DNA from: Hyperthermus butylicus DSM 5456
GTDB taxonomy: Archaea; Thermoproteota; Thermoprotei_A; Sulfolobales; Pyrodictiaceae
Direction: 5' to 3'
DNA: 32,000 nucleotides
Assembly (NCBI RefSeq): GCF_000015145.1
Contig: NC_008818.1
Span: 630,001 to 662,000 of the forward strand
Shown: piece by piece, positions 27,177-32,000 of the stretch
Numbering within the stretch: position 1 is the stretch's first letter
Layout: every line of letters starts with the position of its first letter
Notes under the pieces: generated by a model
What the model saw: only the letters and a program-made list of their open reading frames with translations
The model's database searches: none
Told to the model about the DNA's origin: nothing
Made by a program: the position numbers and the translations under genes

Positions 27177-28354
27177 ATGAGGATTCATAAACTTTTGGAG
27201 GGATTCATCTGGGGAGGTATTTCGATTAAGCCGGAGGGTAAGTTGCTCGATACAGTTCATATAAATGTGAATGCAACGAGGCACCGCCTAGATGTCGAGC
27301 TTAAGGCCCAGCTAGATGAAGTGGGAGGGAATTCGTGTCTGTGGCTTAACGAGGGCTTCACTCTAAAAGGACTCCAATGCGATAATGAATGTAAAGTGGG
27401 GGAGAAGAGAGATCCCCATATGGGTATCATAAAAACTGAACTGTATTGTAGCTAAGGACTCGGGTAATATCGAGATCCGCTATAGTGGGGTTGCCCGCCA
27501 GCTAGTGAAGGGTTTATGGGGGAGCATTAACGGGTCACACTTGCTAAGAGCTCAGACCTTATGGTATCCATACACTGCTTCCCCGAGGAACCTATTATGG
27601 CCACTGATAAGGGGAAGGCATAGACATGTAAGTCTCTGCGTTAGAGTGTTTGAGGGGCTTCAAGCCGTCTCCTCGCTCGGCCTAGAAAGGCAATCTGGCA
27701 GCACTGTTTGCTGGGAGGGGAGTGAGGCTAGTCCGGTGGATCTAGTTATTGCCAGGTTTAGGGAGGAGAGCGAGGATGTGTTTGCAAATATACACTTAAA
27801 GGCTTACAGTGTCGTGGATGGCGGAGCATCCTCCTCCCTCCGTGCCGTAGTAACAGCGTTAGAAGCATATGAGAGTCTAGGTCTCCCCCTCGACATTATA
27901 GACCGTTTGAATATTGTTGTTATTGGGGGGAGTGGAGGCTTCCAAGTAGACCATCTCATCTCACTTGACGTGGAACACCTAGCAAACAATATCGTACTCC
28001 TGGCAAACACCCTCCACGAGCTAGCCCACATATGGATAAGCTCAACCCTCAAGCCGGAGCGACCTGAAGACCTCTGGCTCTCGGAGGCACTCCCAGACTT
28101 CCTAATGGTCAGAGCACTGCAGACACTAGGATACAGCGAGACAGCACAGCGGATAATATCTAAAAACAGTACATAAAGCTGAAAAGGCGAGAAGCATCCT
28201 CTACCGCCCACCCACGAGAATACACGTACCACTAATCCCGAGCAAAGCGGAGATAGTTAGAAGCATCGGGACAGCACTCCTATATGAGGCATCGTTCCAG
28301 CGGTTGATGGTAAGCTGGGCAAATGCCTGCCTATTTATACTGCTATACTGCTAG
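27177..28354 (+). pseudogene. M1-family (gluzincin) metallopeptidase-like gene, frameshifted
   Basis: HELAHIWISSTLKPERPEDLWLSEALPDF matches the HExxH-x18-E signature. The coding signal continues in other frames on both sides, through IEIRYSGV..LRAQTLWYPY upstream and KAEIVRSIGTALLYEASFQRL downstream. The breaks are at A5 runs at 27431-27435 and 28162-28166. Confidence 0.65.
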
Positions 28355-28386
28355 GATAGACCCCCGAGACAGCGAGTTCAACAGCT

Positions 28387-28887
28387 CTATGATTTTAGCT
28401 TCTCTTCAACCTCTTCTACCAGCTTCTGTATCCTCCTAAGAGCCTCCTCTACATGCCTTTTGGTGCACCAGCCCTCGTAGAAGCATACATGCATCCCGGT
28501 GGCAGCCATCCATGAGTCGTAAACCCATTCACCTAGCTCATCCATCATCTTCCTAGAATACTCCCATAGCTCCCCATGACTAGTAAGCCTCCTCCCTTCT
28601 TTCCACTCAGCATAGGCCTTAACAGCCAGCGCTGCAGCACCCCAAGCCTTCTCCGCAGCCTGCCGGACATCACCCCTACCTAGCTCCTCCCGCGCCTGAT
28701 CTAATAAGTCGTGAGCAGCCTCGACATACTCTCTGGCTCTCTCCGTCGGGTCAAGATCCCTTAGGACAAGCTCCAGCACATACTCCTCGAAGCTGAGGCC
28801 TAGCCTCCTAGCCTCCCTCTCAAGCCTCTCCACCACGCTACGGGGAAGCCTAACAGCCGCAACATCAGTCATACCCATAGCCTCCAA
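28387..28887 (-). CDS. PaREP1-family (HEPN-related) protein with an N-terminal RHH-like segment
   Basis: 166 aa. DLLDQAREELGRGDVRQAAEKAWGAAALAVKAYA...SHGELW...MHVCFYEGW fits the PaREP1 family pattern. The N-terminus AAVRLPRSVVERLEREARRLGLSFEEYVLELV is RHH-like. The A/T box TAATTAAATTAA lies upstream at ~28905-28916. Confidence 0.75.
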   Translation of the reverse strand: MEAMGMTDVAAVRLPRSVVERLEREARRLGLSFEEYVLELVLRDLDPTERAREYVEAAHDLLDQAREELGRGDVRQAAEKAWGAAALAVKAYAEWKEGRRLTSHGELWEYSRKMMDELGEWVYDSWMAATGMHVCFYEGWCTKRHVEEALRRIQKLVEEVEEKLKS

Positions 28888-28934
28888 GGAGTAAACATGG
28901 GAGGATTCACCTAATTAAATTAAGCCAGAAACCC

Positions 28935-29019
28935 TGGTGACGAGCCCGCCACGGGCTCCGAGAACCTGGGACCTCCGGCCCCGGAGGCTGGCGCTCTGTC
29001 CTGGCTGGGCTACGGGCTC
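28935..29019 (-). tRNA. tRNA-Arg(CCG)-like sequence with aberrant stems (possible pseudo-tRNA or remnant)
   Basis: The minus strand reads GAGCCCG TA GCCC AGCCAGGACA GAGC G CCAGC CTCCGGG GCCGG AGGTC CCAGG TTCTCGGAG CC(G)TGG CGGGCTC G. The acceptor stem pairs perfectly. The D stem and the anticodon stem each have one mismatch. The T arm needs a bulge and a 9-nt loop. Confidence 0.4.
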
Positions 29020-29100
29020 ATCCTAGTTGGGTTCGAGGCTTGCCGTGATATATGACAGTACGTCTTGTTTATGGGGGTAGTGGTTGGTGCTTCAGGCTAG

Positions 29101-29898
29101 CTAGTTGTTTACTGCTTGTGTGGTTATACTGTTCAGTGTTTCTTCGATAAGCTTGGTGTATTCTCCTAGCAGGTGCCAGGGCCTCACTTTTCCCTGCTGG
29201 TACTGTCTCGCTATGTGTGATAGGTTATCAAGTGGTTTTCGTAGCTTTTTGCTGCACTGCCTGGCTAGTGGTGGTTGTTGTCTCAGTGCTATCCAGACTG
29301 TTGATGCTTTGAGTGTGTTGAATATGTCTTCGCTGGTTGTGCAGGGCAGCTCGCCGCCGTAGGTTCGCAGCCAGTATGCCTGGAGGCCGTATAGGTGTCG
29401 TGTTAGGCTGCGCTTCTTCATCTCAATGTGTACCTCCAGGTCTTTGAGGGCGGTGGCGGCGGTGTATGCTGCCAAGAGGCTGCCCGTTACGGGTACGAGG
29501 TAGTACTCGGGGGAGCCGTGGAGGACTGCGTGGATGGCCTCGTGGACGATGAGCGCTTCGGCCTCGGGTTTTGGCAGGCCGTAGACCCCTTCCGCGAGGG
29601 CGACGTGTATCCTGGGCACGCCGGTCCAAGCCTCGTGGGCTACTGGGTAGTCGGCTGCAACTAGGACCCCTTCCCTCTCCTCCTCGCGGCTGAGAGCGGC
29701 CCTTAGGAGGCTCAGGCTGCTGTAGACGTGTAGCTCCACGTAGCCCGGTCCGCCTCCCCTGCCATAGGCCTCGTCTAGGAGGCCTAGGAGCCACTCGACA
29801 GCCGGGCTGCCGACCGCGCCGTGGGTAAATACTGCGGCTACGGTATCGGCTACCCTGCGCTTACACGCGAACCCCGTGGAGCCGAGGCTGGAGGTCAA
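29101..29898 (-). CDS. Hypothetical protein with an HExxH zinc-metalloprotease-like motif
   Basis: 265 aa. ALIVHEAIHAVLHGSPEYY is the only recognisable motif. The reading frame is codon-consistent and there is no competing ORF. Confidence 0.55.
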   Translation of the reverse strand: MTSSLGSTGFACKRRVADTVAAVFTHGAVGSPAVEWLLGLLDEAYGRGGGPGYVELHVYSSLSLLRAALSREEEREGVLVAADYPVAHEAWTGVPRIHVALAEGVYGLPKPEAEALIVHEAIHAVLHGSPEYYLVPVTGSLLAAYTAATALKDLEVHIEMKKRSLTRHLYGLQAYWLRTYGGELPCTTSEDIFNTLKASTVWIALRQQPPLARQCSKKLRKPLDNLSHIARQYQQGKVRPWHLLGEYTKLIEETLNSITTQAVNN

Positions 29899-29926
29899 CG
29901 GGCTGTACCACCACGCCTACGGCCCG

Positions 29927-30688
29927 CTATGCTATCCACAGCCTCTCGTCTGCTAGGCGTTTTAGGAGCGCTATGGCGGATAGTGCTGCTAGATAGCTTG
30001 TCCGGGGGTTCATGGGGCTCGGGGTGTTTTCGACGCGTATGGTGAGCTTTGAAGCCTCAGAATCCACGTGTATTTCGTGTATGTTCCTCTCCACGGTGGG
30101 ATCGGCAACTATCTCAACAGTAGCCTCCTTCTTTGCCGCTAGGGAGAGTGCAGCGGCGACATTCACGTTTGCCGGGAAGTACTTGACGGCTTCGCTGGCG
30201 GGGCCCACGTATATCGTTGTCGGCTCCCTAGTCTCGTCCAGGTTTATCCCCTTCTCCCTAACGTACGGTGCGTCCTTAAGCGCTCTAGGCGGTTTCCTGG
30301 TGACTAGCCGCACAGACCTTATCCCGTTCAGCGACAGCGCGTAGACAGCATCGAGGCCTGCTATGGCGCCGGACGGTGTGTATATGTGGCGTCTCTTCCG
30401 GCGCGCGGCCTCCACGAGTTTTGCCAGGAGGTCCCGGTCCATTAGCGCCCCGACACTGAGCACTATGAGGTCGGCGCCAGACTCTAGAACTCGGAGGCCA
30501 TACTCTCTCACGGCCTGCTGGCTCGCCGCCTCGACAACGACGTCTGGCTTCGACCCGAGCAGCTCTTCGAAGCATGAAGCGATGCGTGGCTTGAACCTCT
30601 TCAGCTCACTGGCTAGCTTCTCGCAGCGCTCCCTAGCAACGTCGTAGAGGGCTACCAGCTCCGCGTTCTCCACGACACCCTCATCCAC
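29927..30688 (-). CDS. nadX: L-aspartate dehydrogenase (NadX); the annotated ORF lacks the Rossmann N-terminus
   Basis: PDVVVEAASQQAVREYGLRVLESGADLIVLSVGALMD and the C-terminal blocks fit NadX. The in-frame upstream sequence RVAVIGCGNIGTVLAKAV (30689-30739) encodes the GxGxxG motif but has no start codon before it. Confidence 0.75.
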   Translation of the reverse strand: MDEGVVENAELVALYDVARERCEKLASELKRFKPRIASCFEELLGSKPDVVVEAASQQAVREYGLRVLESGADLIVLSVGALMDRDLLAKLVEAARRKRRHIYTPSGAIAGLDAVYALSLNGIRSVRLVTRKPPRALKDAPYVREKGINLDETREPTTIYVGPASEAVKYFPANVNVAAALSLAAKKEATVEIVADPTVERNIHEIHVDSEASKLTIRVENTPSPMNPRTSYLAALSAIALLKRLADERLWIA

Positions 30689-30732
30689 TGCCTTGGCGAG
30701 TACTGTGCCTATGTTGCCGCATCCTATGACTG

Positions 30733-31623
30733 CTACGCGGAGCGTAGCTCCCTCACCTCTACAACCCGTAGGCTTAGGTCTACACGCACCGGGCTCATGG
30801 TCAGCATGCTCGAGCTAATAATGTCAACTCCGGTGGCAGCGTAGTCAGCCACGTTGGACAGGTCTATCCCACCACTGGCCTCTATGAGTACGCGGTCCCG
30901 GAGCCCCCTCCTACCCAGCTCCCCCACTATCTCCGCGACCACTTCGGGGGGCTGATTGTCGATCATCACGATATCGGCGCCAGCCTCTATGGCCTCTACA
31001 GCCTCCTCGAGGCTAGAGACCTCCACCTCGACGCGATGTGCGAAGCTCGTCCTAGCCTTGGCCCGTCGTACAGCCTCTGCCACGCTGCCGGCTATGCGTA
31101 CGTGGTTGTCCTTGACTAGCACGGCGTCGCTAAGGGATAACCTGTGGGTATCGCCGCCGCCAACTGCGACAGCACACTTGGCAAAGTAGCGTAGGCCGGG
31201 CGGAGTCTTCCTAGTTGCCGCGATCCTTACGCGGGGGTTTATACGGTGGGCAGCCTCGACCATCATCCTGGTTGTAGTAGCTACACTAAACGTGTATATG
31301 AGGAGGTTTAGCAGGGTACGCTCGAAGAGTAGTATCCGTCTAGCCTCGCCAGCAACCTCCAGAACCCCCCTTGGCGGCTCGACCCAGGCAGCTTCCTCAA
31401 CAAGCGGCTTGGCATTGAAGCCTAGTATGCGTAGGGCCTCCACAACTGGCTCTAGGCAGGCGGGCACAGCCCGAGACTTGAGCACGACGACTGCACGAGC
31501 CCAGAGCCCGCGGGGTACCGTGTAGCCCGTAGTCAGGTCGCCGAAGGGCGCGTCCTCCTCAACCCATTCAAGCAGCTTTTCCGCAACGGTGTAGGGGTCG
31601 AGGAACAACCCAGCCACCCACAA
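30733..31623 (-). CDS. nadC: Nicotinate-nucleotide pyrophosphorylase (quinolinate phosphoribosyltransferase)
   Basis: 296 aa with FGDLTT, ERTLLNLL, IAATRKTPPGLR and VGGGDTHRLSLSDAVLVKDNH. Confidence 0.9.
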   Translation of the reverse strand: MWVAGLFLDPYTVAEKLLEWVEEDAPFGDLTTGYTVPRGLWARAVVVLKSRAVPACLEPVVEALRILGFNAKPLVEEAAWVEPPRGVLEVAGEARRILLFERTLLNLLIYTFSVATTTRMMVEAAHRINPRVRIAATRKTPPGLRYFAKCAVAVGGGDTHRLSLSDAVLVKDNHVRIAGSVAEAVRRAKARTSFAHRVEVEVSSLEEAVEAIEAGADIVMIDNQPPEVVAEIVGELGRRGLRDRVLIEASGGIDLSNVADYAATGVDIISSSMLTMSPVRVDLSLRVVEVRELRSA

Positions 31624-31625
31624 GG

Positions 31626-32000
31626 CTACCTTACCATCTCCAGGGAGCGCTCAAGGATTTCGCGGACGCGCCTCGCAATTGGCTCTGGTACGACTACCCT
31701 GGGCTTCAGCGTCTCTAGGGAGTAGAGTATCTTTAGCGGCGTAATCTTCTTCATGTTTATGCAGACGGCTCTGGGGTTGGCGGGTACTATCTTCTTGTCG
31801 GGGTAGAGCCTCCTGGCGCGGTGGACTAGACCCTCCTCGGTACCGATAATGTATACCTCGGCTTCGACCTCGCCTATCCTGCGGAGCATCTGGCTAGTAC
31901 TCCCAACGTAGTCCGCCATGAGTCGGACGGGCCTGGGGGTCTCCGGGTGCACCATCAGGTAGCCGCGGGGATACTGTTCACGCACCTTCCTGACATAGTA
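31626..32000 (-). CDS. nadA: Quinolinate synthase NadA, C-terminal part (5' end beyond the window)
   Basis: LMVHPETPRPVRLMADYVGSTSQM...IIGTEEGLVHR...CINMKKITP. The frame stays open to position 32000. Confidence 0.85.
   Translation of the reverse strand, partial: YYVRKVREQYPRGYLMVHPETPRPVRLMADYVGSTSQMLRRIGEVEAEVYIIGTEEGLVHRARRLYPDKKIVPANPRAVCINMKKITPLKILYSLETLKPRVVVPEPIARRVREILERSLEMVR

Larger units (their letters stand above)
24200..28900. other. AT-richer accessory island: TA modules plus pseudogenes
   Basis: Base composition visibly drops relative to the flanks. The content is two PIN-type TA loci, a decayed methyltransferase, a decayed M1-like peptidase, ~750 bp with no supportable gene and a PaREP1 gene. 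It ends next to a tRNA-like sequence. Confidence 0.5.

Noticed and set aside
29423-29794. 123-aa minus-strand ORF and 78-aa plus-strand ORF inside the HExxH gene.
   Set aside because: They are Arg/Pro/Gly-rich shadow ORFs. The longer 265-aa frame is the more protein-like one.

Overview
High-GC (about 55-60%) archaeal chromosome segment. Gene content (Csa1, Csa3, PaREP1), AGG/ATA-rich codon usage and a 25-nt repeat ending ATTGCAAG point to a hyperthermophilic crenarchaeon; this attribution is inference. Layout: (1) 1-5.9 kb holds a CRISPR adaptation module (cas2 divergent from csa1/cas4-cas1), a ~330-bp strongly A+C-rich leader and a 49-repeat array. No effector or cas6 genes lie in the window. 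(2) 6.1-11 kb holds a minus-strand NurA-like nuclease plus HerA-like ATPase operon, then a csa3 (CARF-wHTH) gene broken by two frameshifts. A nuclease-translocase pair is therefore sandwiched between the array and a CRISPR regulator remnant; this is the best candidate for an undescribed CRISPR-linked module. (3) 11.3-24.2 kb is mostly housekeeping: a Zn-ribbon/PP-loop/ferredoxin fusion, rnz, prs, a SIS-domain protein and a four-subunit 2-oxoacid:ferredoxin oxidoreductase operon. Interspersed are two RHH genes flanked by a perfect 22-bp direct repeat, a decayed nucleoside phosphorylase and two vapBC loci. (4) 24.2-28.9 kb is a visibly AT-richer island containing only toxin-antitoxin modules, pseudogenes and a PaREP1 gene, and it ends at an aberrant tRNA-Arg(CCG)-like sequence. 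(5) 29.1-32 kb holds an HExxH protein and a nadA-nadC-nadX operon, with nadA truncated by the window edge. Two cross-cutting observations stand out. Frame breaks are frequent in accessory genes, often at short homopolymer runs. There are also 300-700-bp patches of strong amino/keto (A+C versus G+T) strand skew, visible at synonymous codon positions and mostly at gene 3' ends.
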